Notes: generated by a model from the letters alone, not told the origin. Counted from the first letter of the whole stretch, positions 16,701 to 27,293 are shown. The stretch is DNA of 63,856 nt, filler included, from Limisphaerales bacterium (GCA_044225505.1; 3 parts of 3 records of this genome joined end to end with filler, not necessarily neighbours in it); one strand, 5' to 3'. Translations and numbers: made by a program.

Positions 16701-19401
16701 GGACGCTCTGCCATTCCATGCGCTGGAGACTTAGCATCGCTTTCACTGGACGAGGCCAAGGCTTCCCATCCGTTCCAACCGTTGCCACCTCTACAGGCAG
16801 CGATTTCCCCGGTTCCAGCACCTGTTCAAACGCCTTCAACCCGAGATAGAATTCCGAGCTATGCAGGACGAAGTGTTCCGAGCGAGTAAGCGTCTGCTGA
16901 TTGAGATCTGTCACCTCCGCGAGCACCGAGACGGCGCGGGGCTGAGGCGCCACTGGGTTCGTTGGGACATCCACTTTGACCAAACAGGCGGAGCCTACCG
17001 AGATCTGGCCTTGGCCATTCGAGACAAATGTTCCCGGCGTTCGCCCCATCACGGATTCCACCAGAGTACGAACGAAGGTAAAGCCGCCAAAACCATCGGG
17101 CTGCAAAGGATCATCTTCTGCTTCCAACGACCACCGGACAGCGGCCCGATCCAATTGGCGTCCGAGAAAGTAGTGTGCCGTGATAGGAATCTCAATGGTT
17201 TCGCCTGGGCCGTAGGCCGGTTTGGCGGACATCGCGATTTCAAAGGCGGCCGGCTCGTAGTCTGCCACTGTGACAGCGAGCGGGTGAACCTGACCCCCAA
17301 GATGCAACATGAGATGGTACTCTCCGCGCGGCCCTGCTGGCAACGGGATCGAGCCCGCGCAAGAGCCCAACTCGCTGAGAACGACATTGGTCTCGTAAAA
17401 TGACTTTCCGCGCGCATCAAGACACCTGACTCGTCCAGCCAAGCCGTTGGGAGTCGCCGGTTTGCCGTCCGCAAAGTCACGCACCACAGCTTTCCAATTC
17501 ACGGTCTCACCTGGAAGGTAAACATCACGATCCGAAAACAGCGCTACACGTCGCGACCCTTCATCGGCTGGGGAATCCCAAACCCAAGGCATTCCAAACG
17601 CCCCCAAACGCACGTTTCGATCGCGCACTTTCACAGCGTGAACATCCTCTCCAGCACGGGCGATCAACCAGACGGCATTCGTATGCGGTTTCATTCGAGC
17701 TACCCCCGAAGCATCGGTGATAGCGTTGCCCAAAGGCTCGTTCTCGCCCGAGCAGAGTCTCATTGCCACGCCAGGGAGGGGTTGTCCGTCTCGATACGAG
17801 AAGACAAAGACCTGGAGTTCAGACGCTCCGGATTTCCATACGAGTCCTAAATCTGTCAGCTGGACTAAAGCCTGCGTCCCCAGATTAGGTAGGTCGGACC
17901 CGCTGGTTTCGCCTCGTTCGGCATCCAGAAAGACGATGCCCGTCCGGCGCCCATCCAAAAGCCGATCCCAGTCGAGCGAGATCTGCTCCGCGGCATCTTC
18001 GGTGCGAGGCCCTGGCACCCCCTCGTCGAAGACCGTGCGGCCCGGGATGAGATTGTAGTCCAGGCGCTGAAAACCGCGTTCATAGTCTCCGGCAGTGCCA
18101 TCGAGAAAATAGCTGTCATACCCTCGGAGCGCGTGCACGATCGACGCCTCGTCCAACAGCTTAGCGCGGACGTGAATCCGGTTCACATTCACCGCCAAGA
18201 GCGGGAGAACACGACCGCCGCTAGCGTATTGGTCGGTCGAGAAAACAGGAAAATAAAGGCGCGGCTCGACCGGCGGAACAGCGACGGAAAAGGCGGTTGC
18301 GTTCGCCAAGGCAAAGCCTTCGGCACTGGGTAAACCGGGCAGAAGGTGCACCGTGTAATTGGTCTTTCTTTGCCAATCTCCCACAAGCGACAAGGTCGAT
18401 CCGCTCACCCTAGCCGACAACTGTGCGGGAACGGGAGCAATCTGGACCCAATTCGTGAACGAATTGGTCAGTGTAGCGGAGAGTTTCTTGGAGAATTCCA
18501 CCTCAAGCCACGGTGGACGATGGATCACATGGTGGACCTGGTTCGTTTCGAACGTGAACGGACGGACATCGCCGACGTCCACCTGGAATTGCTGATCCGA
18601 ATACAGTTGTCCATCCGCCGAAATAAACCGGGGTTCAAGAACCAACTTCCACCCACGGCCGGCCGCTAACGGTCGGGCCGGTGTCACCACCAAAAGGTTG
18701 CCCAGATCGCGCCAGTGCGGACCAACGACGGGACCGGGTGGTTGGCGAGACTGATTCGATTGAGCCGACAGATGGTGTTCCTTAAACGCATCCCCCCAAG
18801 TCACGACAGGCCTCGTCCACCAAGGGGCACCTTGATCGTCCCAAGTGCCTTGCCGAACGGCCGCCGGGACTCGCAGTCCGTCGGCACTTATAAAACCGCC
18901 TCGGCTTGAGAAATCCGTCGCGCGCACATCGGCATTGAACCAAACAAGGAATTCCGGTGCTGAATAGGCGTTTGTGCTTGATCGTGGACCTGACCAATCG
19001 ACCACCCCAAATCCCGGCGTCTGGATATATCGCCGCAGCTTTGCGCGGCTTCTCTGACCGTCCGCTTGCCGCAACCCGGGAATAAGCGTCACGGTATACC
19101 TGGTTCCCAGAGACAGGGGGGCGTCTAAAGTGAAAAGTCCGCTCCTGGAACTCGTATAGCGAAAGCGACCGAAGACCGGCGGGCTGAAAAGCAATGGCGA
19201 CGGGAGACTCTCTCCACTGATCTCGCTCCCTTTTGCCACGGCTTGGTCGAACCGCACCTCGAAAGTCGTTCCCGGACCGATCTCTTGCGTGCTCAAAACG
19301 AGTCGAACCCCGTCGCTTTCTTCAGGACTCGGCGCACATCCGGCAACCAACAGGGCGGTCACCATCACGATCCAAATGGGTCGATTCCGGGTCGATTCCA
19401 A
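13741..19401 (-). CDS. Bacterial alpha-2-macroglobulin family lipoprotein
   Basis: 1886 aa; lipobox VAGC; SDRDVYLPGE, LYAVDEGVL and PDSLTRYRV; thioester motif YPYGCAEQ; STTQGNAW; KVEEMYRP. Confidence 0.95.
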   Translation of the reverse strand: MESTRNRPIWIVMVTALLVAGCAPSPEESDGVRLVLSTQEIGPGTTFEVRFDQAVAKGSEISGESLPSPLLFSPPVFGRFRYTSSRSGLFTLDAPLSLGTRYTVTLIPGLRQADGQRSRAKLRRYIQTPGFGVVDWSGPRSSTNAYSAPEFLVWFNADVRATDFSSRGGFISADGLRVPAAVRQGTWDDQGAPWWTRPVVTWGDAFKEHHLSAQSNQSRQPPGPVVGPHWRDLGNLLVVTPARPLAAGRGWKLVLEPRFISADGQLYSDQQFQVDVGDVRPFTFETNQVHHVIHRPPWLEVEFSKKLSATLTNSFTNWVQIAPVPAQLSARVSGSTLSLVGDWQRKTNYTVHLLPGLPSAEGFALANATAFSVAVPPVEPRLYFPVFSTDQYASGGRVLPLLAVNVNRIHVRAKLLDEASIVHALRGYDSYFLDGTAGDYERGFQRLDYNLIPGRTVFDEGVPGPRTEDAAEQISLDWDRLLDGRRTGIVFLDAERGETSGSDLPNLGTQALVQLTDLGLVWKSGASELQVFVFSYRDGQPLPGVAMRLCSGENEPLGNAITDASGVARMKPHTNAVWLIARAGEDVHAVKVRDRNVRLGAFGMPWVWDSPADEGSRRVALFSDRDVYLPGETVNWKAVVRDFADGKPATPNGLAGRVRCLDARGKSFYETNVVLSELGSCAGSIPLPAGPRGEYHLMLHLGGQVHPLAVTVADYEPAAFEIAMSAKPAYGPGETIEIPITAHYFLGRQLDRAAVRWSLEAEDDPLQPDGFGGFTFVRTLVESVMGRTPGTFVSNGQGQISVGSACLVKVDVPTNPVAPQPRAVSVLAEVTDLNQQTLTRSEHFVLHSSEFYLGLKAFEQVLEPGKSLPVEVATVGTDGKPWPRPVKAMLSLQRMEWQSVLVQSVGRSARYRNEVTLTNVTTKEVLVEPPQKEPGTDHGFVGCSIAGFEVPPAGQYLLEVHARDAADREVVSSLSFYVTDRSKLAWDYRNETEVRLVPDKSRYEAGDIARLLVKTPISGTAWVTVEGDHVRRSFQTSLEGNAPVVNIPLEAADAPNIYASVAVVRGGDGSPHRIKEPEYRIGYTQLEVSDPATRLRVEVVPGATNYMPGDPITSDVRVTDHTGEPVPNAEVTLYAVDEGVLSMSDYATPDLHRVIFAPRALGVTTGISLPFLLSEDPERLVFHNKGYLGGGGGRERIRQHFLACAYWNASLRTGPDGRVSAGFLAPDSLTRYRVMAVVQASSHQFGSGQSAFSVSKPLMIEPALPRFANVTDRIPARAIVLNQSDQAGEVIVTLQLDDKARCLEPTRLEQRLQVAAHGSAVVEVPLAFVEAGAAQWIWKARFVDAKVATFADAVRSRLDVGTVLPLLRDVHLVRSAGSATNLLSSVNPQVLEGQGVVRLTLARSGLVGLGEAVGQLLQYPYGCAEQTSSSLLPWIVLSDSPELVQFAGRDATEASGAAKAGVERLFSMQTASGGLAYWPGGHEPMLWASAYGGFVLAEARQAGIAVADDLFSRLTDYLSAQLRITEGAAVTPGDICLTLYALAVAGKSEPAYLGAWFDRRNGLGAEERAWLALGLAATPGSDKRSVLELLQTNAVTSAPTAAFSCPARQRAVRLLALIASQPDSPEIARIASELLEARSEWSTTQGNAWVLLAMRQYFRLMEKTSAAAGGTLTWGDQATTFQLSESERTYSQQWRFDRAHPGQGLALDPSPGATLFAHVTVEARPAQNSQTEQDHGFALRRRYDRLDENNDPQSVDTLRVGDRILVTLHVALQETARYVAVDDPLPSLFEPVNSQFQTQQTRALASSRRPLIDESLEWWSDFRETRTDRVLFFANDLAPGNYVIHYVARVRATGTATAPPAKVEEMYRPSRFGLSATQNLTARDSQ

Positions 19402-19571
19402 GCAGAACCATCAGATGGTTGGTGGCCGGGATCACAACAGAAACAGGCGCGAAACCAGAGGATAGACGGGAATTTGCTTCGATACATGGCACCCTTTCTT
19501 CTTCGACAGAAGCCTCTGCCATGTCCGCGACTCGGCGGCAAGCACAGAACTGAAGGATTTTACAGCGGCCG

Positions 19572-21866
19572 TTACGGAGCAATGACAGCGCGCATAAACC
19601 AGGCAGTATTCGTCGCCGCAAGAGAAAAACGGGACTTGAATGGGTATGCCTTTGACGGGGAAAGCGGCGCCCAAGTCACCAAGTCCGGTGATTGCTCGAT
19701 GAAGTAGGAACGGTTAGGAGGACCCTCCACGCTGATCTGGATCTGGTTGGCTTCACGGCTCAGCTTCCAGACGAAACCCAAGGTCGCCTGATTCAAAACG
19801 AGGAGAGTCAGACTTTGAGCGGGCAACGTCAGCGCGACGCTCGTTCCGTTCATTGCCAAGTCGGGCAACTGCCGAATGGTATTGGCACTCGTCAACCGCC
19901 AAGCTTGAACCGTTGGCGAAGTTAACGCATTGGTCAGCTCTAGGATTACAGGCGTAGCCCCGTCGAGACGTTTATGCACCAACATCACGGTAATTGCCCG
20001 GTCGCTCGCGCGTTCCGCGGCAAAAACGCTCAGTTCGTCCGGATTCGATCCACCCGCCTGGATACTCGTTTCGCCGAACGCGGAGGTGTGCCCATCATAG
20101 TTGCGAAACATTTTAAAAGCATTATAAGTCGGAGTTCCAGACCTAGGCGTCGTCCATCGCGTCGCAACATCAAGCCCTTCACGGCCAAGAATGCCCAGGA
20201 CATCAGCTTGCGAGGTGGCGCCATTGATGTGTTCCTCCGCACCCCAATTGTATTCGGTAAGCCCAAGACGCGTTCCTGGATAGTAAGATTCAACCCAACG
20301 CCGCAATCGTGGGATAAGCATCACTCGGTTATTAATCCAAGATTCGTCGACATAATTCGTGTCCCAGAGCGAACGGGTGGAACGGTTACGCCGGAGCTGC
20401 ATCGCCGTCGAGGTGGACCCGCTGTATTCGCCACCCTGGGGATAATAGTGGACTGTGAAGAGGTCGAGCAGGCGCCGTCCAGTCTCGCGCTGGCGCTGCT
20501 GAAGTTGATCCAGGAACCAAGGCAAATAATCCCACTCGCCATTGGTACTGCGGTCAGGAAATCGTGTCCAGCCATTGGCTGCGCCCGCCTGTTGGTCGTA
20601 ACCGCTGTAGAGATAACCGCTCCAGCCCCATTCTTCCGGGCCCGCAATAAGGGCCGATTCATCGATCTGCTTCACCATTTCCGCGTAGGCAAAGAATCTA
20701 TCCCTCACCTCGCGCATGGTGGCGCCCATAGCATGGACGTCTCGATGGCTGCTATGCCATAGGCTCGGCTCATTATCCATGCAAAACCAATGCACACCGC
20801 CATTCGCCCCCGTAGACCACTTCCCACGCAGATGCTCCATCCAGCCTCTCTGGTATTCGACATCAACCGGCCGATTCGCATCATTCGGATCGTTCGATGT
20901 AAGAAATTTGCCGTCGGTAGCTCGTATGCCGTTCCCTGCATCCGGAAACCACTGCGAATCGGCCTGCGTTTGCGGTCCATACTTGGCAATCGAGTAACTG
21001 GCTAGGCGTTTACGGTTAGCTCCCAGCTTTGGCGCCCACCCCAACATTGGGACCGTGATCATCGGTTGCGCCCCACCAGAAAGGCTGGCTGCGATAAATG
21101 CGTCCGCGGCAGCGCCAGGAATCGCAGGCTCGTCCGCCAAGCTTTCAAAAAACCAATCTGCTCCCCTGTTGTGGGCATTGAGCTGCCAGTCGTATCGCGA
21201 CTCCGCGTTGCCCCCAGAGCGATTCATTGTCACATTGAGATCCGACAGTTCCGCCCCCGTAGCAAATGCCAAACCGTAGATCAATGGGCTGATAGGATGA
21301 CGGCTTAGTGTGGGATCGACCCGGATTTGGACAACCCCATTCGTTATTTCGGGCGATTGACCACGGGCAACTAGCCGAATGTCGTCTAGAAAGAACGTCG
21401 GTAGGGCTGCCCCCGTGCGATCCTGAATCCAGAAACCATCCCAATCGCCTACCCCGGCAACGCCGAGATTGGCCAGTGGAATCGTGAATGAGGTCCACTG
21501 GTCAGCTGGAAGGGCTGGCAAGTTCGTCCCCGCTCGGGCCACGCCTTGCTGCAAACCTTGAACTTGAAGTTTTTGCCCTCCAACCGGACCACCGTGGATC
21601 CAGAATTCGAGGCTGGCGAATGCCGAGGAATCGAGCGCCGCGTGATGAAAATACCCCGCCTGCCAAGCTCCGGACTGAACGAAGAGGGCTTGAGCGCCCG
21701 AATGGAACGTCGTGGCCGAGTTTCCTGTCTTGGCCCAACTCCAGTTTTCCCAGTCGTTTTCGAGAGAGTCTCTGTAAACCCATTGGTCACCCCGGGTCTC
21801 GACTTGTGACAGGGCGAGGAGCAAGACGGCCAACCGAACGCTTGGGACCAACCACGGCAAAGTCAT
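19572..21866 (-). CDS. Glycoside hydrolase family 44 endoglucanase/xyloglucanase with an N-terminal CBM-like domain
   Basis: RSGGNAESRYDW, DNEPSLW..SH (acid/base), HYYPQ and TEYNWG (nucleophile); signal peptide from ATG 21866. Confidence 0.9.
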   Translation of the reverse strand: MTLPWLVPSVRLAVLLLALSQVETRGDQWVYRDSLENDWENWSWAKTGNSATTFHSGAQALFVQSGAWQAGYFHHAALDSSAFASLEFWIHGGPVGGQKLQVQGLQQGVARAGTNLPALPADQWTSFTIPLANLGVAGVGDWDGFWIQDRTGAALPTFFLDDIRLVARGQSPEITNGVVQIRVDPTLSRHPISPLIYGLAFATGAELSDLNVTMNRSGGNAESRYDWQLNAHNRGADWFFESLADEPAIPGAAADAFIAASLSGGAQPMITVPMLGWAPKLGANRKRLASYSIAKYGPQTQADSQWFPDAGNGIRATDGKFLTSNDPNDANRPVDVEYQRGWMEHLRGKWSTGANGGVHWFCMDNEPSLWHSSHRDVHAMGATMREVRDRFFAYAEMVKQIDESALIAGPEEWGWSGYLYSGYDQQAGAANGWTRFPDRSTNGEWDYLPWFLDQLQQRQRETGRRLLDLFTVHYYPQGGEYSGSTSTAMQLRRNRSTRSLWDTNYVDESWINNRVMLIPRLRRWVESYYPGTRLGLTEYNWGAEEHINGATSQADVLGILGREGLDVATRWTTPRSGTPTYNAFKMFRNYDGHTSAFGETSIQAGGSNPDELSVFAAERASDRAITVMLVHKRLDGATPVILELTNALTSPTVQAWRLTSANTIRQLPDLAMNGTSVALTLPAQSLTLLVLNQATLGFVWKLSREANQIQISVEGPPNRSYFIEQSPDLVTWAPLSPSKAYPFKSRFSLAATNTAWFMRAVIAP

Positions 21867-22049
21867 CCCTGAAATGCAGCACGTTCCTTTCCAAGCTTTC
21901 AGAAATGCTCTCGAAAACGCCAACGCGCCATCAGCAGTCTCCCAATCAAACTCCGAAAGCCGTCGATTGCCACGAATCAAGCTCAAAGACTCTGTCGTCA
22001 GGATTGATCAGTTGACCACCCCCCATCGAGTTGCGCATGATTGAACGGC

Positions 22050-22882
22050 ATGTTTAAACCGAATGCAAAGCCGCTGCCGACTCGCCAACCACTGAACCGG
22101 CGACGGTTTGTCCGCGCACTCGGCCTGACCGGTGGGGCGATGATCCTAGCGCCAGGCTTTAATCTCACCCAAGGCCAGTGGAAACAGGTCGCAGACGCGT
22201 TAGTCCGCTTCCCAGAGAAGACAGACCTAATCCTGCGAACCGACAGGCCGCCCCAACTGGAGACTCCCCTCCACTACTTTCAGCACGACCTGACACCGAA
22301 TGACGCATTCTACGTCCGGTGGCATCTCGAAGGGATTCCGACGTCCGTGGACTTGGCGACATTCCGGCTTCAGGTCGGGGGCCACGTTCAGAAGAAGCTG
22401 TCTCTGTCTGTATCGGATCTGCGGACCCAGTTTGAGCCAGTTTCATTGGTCGCAGTCAACCAGTGTTCCGGGAACTCCCGGAGCTTCTTCGAGCCGCGGG
22501 TTCCGGGCGGGCAATGGAAGAACGGCGCGATGGGTAACGCGCGATGGACAGGCGTGCGCCTCAAAGACGTGCTCGATCGAGCTGGTGTCGGTCCTGGCGC
22601 TCAGGAAGTGAGCTTTGGGGGCCTCGACCGTGCCTCAGTCGCAGCGACGCCTAATTTTGTCAAGGCCTTGAATATCGACCATGCTCGGGACGGTGAAGTG
22701 ATGATCGCCTATGAAATGAATGAGAGTGCGATGCCGATGCTCAATGGCTTCCCGTTGCGGCTCGTCGTGCCCGGTTGGTACGCCACTTACTGGGTAAAAG
22801 CGCTGAACGATATCCAAGTCTTGTCCGAGAAATTCCGCGGCTTCTGGATGGAAAAGGCTTATCGTATCCCCACCACCATCGA
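22050..22882 (+). CDS. Tat-exported sulfite oxidase-family molybdoenzyme (SorA/SorT-like), 3' truncated by the contig end
   Basis: NRRRFV Tat motif; FYVRWH, QCSGNSR (Mo-ligand Cys), GNARWTGV and NGFPLRLVVPGWY. Confidence 0.9.
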
Positions 22883-22982
22883 NNNNNNNNNNNNNNNNNN
22901 NNNNNNNNNNNNNNNNNNNNNNNNNNTTAATTAATTAANNNNNNNNNNNNNNNNNNNNNNNNNNNNNNNNNNNNNNNNNNNN
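22883..22982. other. Artificial contig linker
   Basis: N44-TTAATTAATTAA-N44 (stop codons in all six frames). Confidence 0.98.
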
Positions 22983-22983
22983 G

Positions 22984-24147
22984 TTCGATGCCCAGAGTCT
23001 CTACTTCATGGATTTCCAACTCACGGGCAACAATAACCGAAGTCTTTACTTCACGGACCAAGGACACGCGGGAGGGTTGCTCTTCGCTTTCTGGAAAGGG
23101 GAGGTTCGCCAGTTCCTGATCGATAACGGTTCGGCGCTTCTGCAAGAGTCTCGATTGGATGGCCTCCGCTATGACCAGGTAACAGTGATTGAAGAAGGCG
23201 GAGGCTGGTCGTTTGCGCAGGATTTGACCGATACCATTCGATTCGTCAATCCAGCGGCGGTCCAGATCGCAGAGTATTGGGGAGGTGATCGCTGGAAAGG
23301 CGTGGCTTCGCGGCCGTTCGGCATGGGGTTTGATGTGGGTTACAGTGATTCGTTGCGCCAGGCCGTTCGATCGACGATTTCTGAGGCGGCTGGCGGGGCA
23401 GGGGCGCAAGTTAACATGGATCGATTACGGGACGCGCTCTTCTTTACATTTAATGAAAGCCGCCGCTGGGCGGTCTTGCAGTGTGTCGAGAACCACGACG
23501 TGCTCGACGTGAATCATTCCGATCGGCAACCCCGAATGCCAGCCTTGGCCGACTCGACAAACCCGCGTTCCTGGTACGCCCGAAGCCGCGCTAAAGTTGC
23601 CACTGGATTGATCTTAACGGCGCCTGGGATTCCGATGGTCTTTATGGGACAGGAATTTCTGGAAGATAAATACTGGAGCGACTGGCAGGGGCACCCGGAA
23701 CTGCTGATCTATTGGGCCGGTTTAGAAGGACAGGACAAAGATATGTCCGATCAGCACCGGTTCACGCGCGACTTGATGTGGCTTCGGCGAAAGCACCCTG
23801 GACTGCGCGGGGAGGGGTTAAACGTTTTTCATGTTCACAATGACAACCGGGTCCTGGCCTACCATCGATGGGTTCCCGGAGTGGGCCGAGATGTCATCGT
23901 TGTCGTCAGCCTGAACGAGCGAACATTCGGGAGCGGCAGTTACCGGCTTGGTTTTCCCATTGGCGGGCCATGGCGCGAGGTTTTCAATAGCGATATTTAC
24001 GATCGTTACTTCAACGCGAACGCGCAAGGAAACGCCGGAGGTGTCACAGCGGATGGGCCGCCGTGGGATGGTCTACCCTCATCCGCTGGGGTGACCGTGC
24101 CGGCTAACAGCATTTTGGTGTTTGCGCGAGATGCCGGTGATTTCTGA
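22984..24147 (+). CDS. GH13 alpha-amylase family enzyme (GlgB/TreZ-like), 5' truncated
   Basis: DGLRYDQV, IAEYW, ENHD and PGIPMVFMGQEF motifs; C-terminal WREVFNSD beta domain. Confidence 0.88.
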   Translation, partial: FDAQSLYFMDFQLTGNNNRSLYFTDQGHAGGLLFAFWKGEVRQFLIDNGSALLQESRLDGLRYDQVTVIEEGGGWSFAQDLTDTIRFVNPAAVQIAEYWGGDRWKGVASRPFGMGFDVGYSDSLRQAVRSTISEAAGGAGAQVNMDRLRDALFFTFNESRRWAVLQCVENHDVLDVNHSDRQPRMPALADSTNPRSWYARSRAKVATGLILTAPGIPMVFMGQEFLEDKYWSDWQGHPELLIYWAGLEGQDKDMSDQHRFTRDLMWLRRKHPGLRGEGLNVFHVHNDNRVLAYHRWVPGVGRDVIVVVSLNERTFGSGSYRLGFPIGGPWREVFNSDIYDRYFNANAQGNAGGVTADGPPWDGLPSSAGVTVPANSILVFARDAGDF

Positions 24148-24148
24148 G

Positions 24149-25738
24149 CTAACGCGCGCGCCGATGGCGCCGCTGAGTGTCCGGTGAGCGCCGGTCTCGC
24201 CGTGGCGCGTCGGGAGCTCCTCGCGTTTCGCGACTCGCGGTGGGGCGCGGCTTGCGCTTTGGCTCAATACTCTTAGGGCGTGCTTTTGGGACGAGCACAA
24301 GCGGGCATCCTTCGTAGCCAAAGGCCATTCGAAGTCGGCTGGCGAGATACTTCGTGTATTGTTCGGTGAGAAGCTGCGCGCGGTTTACAAACAGGAGAAA
24401 TGTCGGAGGCGATTGGCGGACCTGGGTTGCGTAAAAGAACTTGAGGCGATGCCCCGCAGAACTGACTGGCTGACGCTCTTCAATGGCGTCATAAAGGGCA
24501 CGATTCAGAAGGGCCGTCGGGACTTTCTGCTGCAATTGCGCGGCGACAAATCGAATCGCTTCCAGCAAACGCTCCAGATGGAACCCCGATTTGGCAGACG
24601 CAAAGATCACCGGCGCGTAATCGAGAAAGAAGAGTTGTTCCTGGACCCAGGTGGCGAACTCACCCAGAGTCGAGAGCGGTTCGCGATTGCCCTCAAGACG
24701 AGTCTCACGCGCCTCGCGTTTGGCGATGGTCTCTTGACGAGCTTTGAGGACGGAGTCCGCGACGAGGTCCCATTTGTTCACGACGATGATACAGGCCTTG
24801 CGTTCGTCCAGGATTTTGCCCGCCACTTTCTTATCTTGAGCGGAGACCCCAGATTCGGCATCGATCACGAGAATCGCGATATCGCACCGCGCGATGGACT
24901 CATCCGTGCGTTTGACGCTGAAGAACTCGACACTGTCGTCAATGCGACGTTCCTGTCGAACGCCTGCCGTATCGATGAGGACGTATTCCTGGCGAACCCC
25001 GTCGGTTTCGATTTGGATGGGGACATCCACCGCGTCCCGAGTCGTGCCTGGAATCGGGCTGACAATGAGTCGTTCCGAGCGGGCGAGAGCGTTGATGAGT
25101 GAGGATTTTCCAACGTTTGGGCGGCCTACCACCGCTAGCTTCATAGGGCCGAGGTGGCGTCCGTCCGTGGGAAGTTCCGCATTCGCGCGGTCAGGGGCCT
25201 CGGAATTGTCCGTCTGGTCTTCGGCGCTTTCCGCTGGCAACCAGGCGAAGGCAGCATCCACTAACTGCTCGATGCCAATCCCATGAATCGCGCTGACCGC
25301 CACCAGTTTTTCGAAGCCCAGCGCCGAGAATTCGGGAAGATTGGCGTCAAACCCTTCGTGATCAATTTTATTGACCGCGACGACGACCGGTTTCCGCGAA
25401 CGACGGAGCCGATCCGCGACCTCCCGATCCAAGGGCGTCACTCCGTCACGCACATTTACCACAAAAATAATGACTTGGGCGGCTTCAATCGCCAATTCTA
25501 CCTGCTGGACCGCCGCTTGCAGGATAATGTCGTTCGATTTCTCTCCCCGAAGTAAGCCAATCCCGCCAGTGTCAGCGAGTGTAAAAGGATAGCCGCGCCA
25601 TTCCGCCTCCACGCTGATCCGGTCGCGGGTCACTCCGGGTTGGTCATGAACAATCGCAACTCGTTTCCCGATGATGCGATTAAACAAGGCGGACTTCCCC
25701 ACGTTCGGGCGTCCGACAATTGCAATAAGCCCTGGCAT
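24149..25738 (-). CDS. der: Ribosome biogenesis GTPase Der (EngA)
   Basis: Two G domains (GRPNVGKS twice, DTGG/DTAG, NKID/NKWD) and a KH-like C-terminus (KFFYATQ...PPTF); start at ATG 25738. Confidence 0.97.
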   Translation of the reverse strand: MPGLIAIVGRPNVGKSALFNRIIGKRVAIVHDQPGVTRDRISVEAEWRGYPFTLADTGGIGLLRGEKSNDIILQAAVQQVELAIEAAQVIIFVVNVRDGVTPLDREVADRLRRSRKPVVVAVNKIDHEGFDANLPEFSALGFEKLVAVSAIHGIGIEQLVDAAFAWLPAESAEDQTDNSEAPDRANAELPTDGRHLGPMKLAVVGRPNVGKSSLINALARSERLIVSPIPGTTRDAVDVPIQIETDGVRQEYVLIDTAGVRQERRIDDSVEFFSVKRTDESIARCDIAILVIDAESGVSAQDKKVAGKILDERKACIIVVNKWDLVADSVLKARQETIAKREARETRLEGNREPLSTLGEFATWVQEQLFFLDYAPVIFASAKSGFHLERLLEAIRFVAAQLQQKVPTALLNRALYDAIEERQPVSSAGHRLKFFYATQVRQSPPTFLLFVNRAQLLTEQYTKYLASRLRMAFGYEGCPLVLVPKARPKSIEPKRKPRPTASRETRGAPDAPRRDRRSPDTQRRHRRAR

Positions 25739-26029
25739 GTGACTCCACAATGAAGGAGCGCGCCCAGCGGTGGAAGCGGAAAGATGAAGAATGTCGGGGG
25801 ACTGATTCGGTTCTGGCCGCTTTCCGCGCGAGTCGGCGCTCAGCTTCAATCGCTTGAGCGACTCGGAAAACGGCCCGTCCGCACCTCGCCGGCGCCGTAA
25901 GGTGGCCGAAAGCCTCGAATGTGGTTGGGTCATTCTGCGACGTTTTGGTTGGTTCGCTCGGGAGGAAGTGCATTCGCGGGCTTGACGGAACTCCCATTTC
26001 TTCGTTCCGTGGAGCGTGTCGAGTGTAAA

Positions 26030-27172
26030 ATGAACGATATTCCCGATCCCTTTCGAGAGAAGCGCAACGAAACGGGTGTGCTGCCATCCGAGTTTCAGGG
26101 GGAAAAAGTGCCCATGATCTTGCGTCATGAAGATGTGCGGCGCGCTGCGAAAGATTGGAAGACATTCAGCTCCGATGCCCCATTCCGCGTCCCGATTCCC
26201 TCGGAAGAGGAAGTGCGGAGCATGCGGCAATTGCCGATCGAGACCAATCCGCCAGACCACACGGACTACCGGGCGATCGTGGAGCCATTTTTTCGACGTG
26301 CCAAGGAGCCAGAGGTGATTCGACAAGTGGAGAAGCTGATATCGAGTTTAATGGCCGAGGCATTTGCGAGGGAGCGAGTTGAGGTCGTTCGCGAGTTCGC
26401 GTTACCATTGCAGTCCCGGGCGTTGACGTATTTGCTCAACGTTCCTGAAAGCGAAGCGACCACTTGGATCGGTTGGGGCACCCATGTGTTTCGCGATGGA
26501 GGTTCCGGACAGAAGAAAGGCGCGGCGCTCGAAGCCTATCTGCAACGTCAATTTGACCAGGCGGCGGCGAATCCAGGTAATGACTTTTTCAGCGCCTTGA
26601 CCAAGGCGACTTTCCGGGGCCGCCCCCTGACCCGTGAGGAGATGATGGGCTTTGCGAATCTAACGTTCGCCGGCGGACGGGACACGATCATCCATACGGT
26701 CTCGTCGTCGTTAGCTTATTTGGCCAAGCATCCGGAAGCGCTGGGGTTTCTGCGACAGGACCCGGGACGGATTGTGCATGCGTGTGAAGAGTTTTTCCGA
26801 GTGATTTCGCCACTGACCCATATCGGCAGGGTGTGTCCAGTGGAGACCGATGTGCTCGGGGAGACAGTTGCGCCGAAGGGACGCGTTTCTCTTTGCTGGG
26901 CGTCGGCCAACCAGGATGAAACGGTGTTCGAGAATCCGCAGGAAGTGCAACTCGAGCGCAAGCCCAATCCGCACCTGGCGTTTGGGTTCGGAGCGCATCT
27001 CTGTTTAGGGGCAGCGCACTCGCGACTGCTGCTGCGGACGTTGCTTCAGCTCTGCGTCGACCAAGTGCGCGCCTTGTCGATCGTCGAGGCGCGGGAACAC
27101 CAGGAGAGCGAGGTTGGGTATCAGCGGGTGGTCGGTTTTGAATCTTTAGTGATGAATTTCGTGCGGCTCTAA
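26030..27172 (+). CDS. Cytochrome P450
   Basis: NPPDHT.YR, AGGRDT (I helix), EEFFR (ExxR) and [13 protein letters not shown] (heme Cys). Confidence 0.95.
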   Translation: MNDIPDPFREKRNETGVLPSEFQGEKVPMILRHEDVRRAAKDWKTFSSDAPFRVPIPSEEEVRSMRQLPIETNPPDHTDYRAIVEPFFRRAKEPEVIRQVEKLISSLMAEAFARERVEVVREFALPLQSRALTYLLNVPESEATTWIGWGTHVFRDGGSGQKKGAALEAYLQRQFDQAAANPGNDFFSALTKATFRGRPLTREEMMGFANLTFAGGRDTIIHTVSSSLAYLAKHPEALGFLRQDPGRIVHACEEFFRVISPLTHIGRVCPVETDVLGETVAPKGRVSLCWASANQDETVFENPQEVQLERKPNPHLAFGFGAHLCLGAAHSRLLLRTLLQLCVDQVRALSIVEAREHQESEVGYQRVVGFESLVMNFVRL

Positions 27173-27293
27173 GAACGCGATTAACCTTTTTGCCCCAGCC
27201 AACGTCTGAGGAGGACATTTGGCGGTCGGCACCCTGGGGATGGCGTGTTGTTTGACGCCGGGAAGACGTGGGTCCAACGTGTCCGGGTTAGGC

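Noticed and set aside
21945..22040. Moco riboswitch upstream of the molybdoenzyme
   Set aside because: Only AACTCCGA matches; the downstream conserved elements are absent.
22927..22938. TTAATTAATTAA palindrome (also 45857-45868) as a biological site
   Set aside because: Artificial six-frame stop linker inside N runs.
25739..26326. 195-aa N-terminal extension of Der in the ORF track
   Set aside because: It overlaps the divergent P450; Der homology starts at [16 protein letters not shown].
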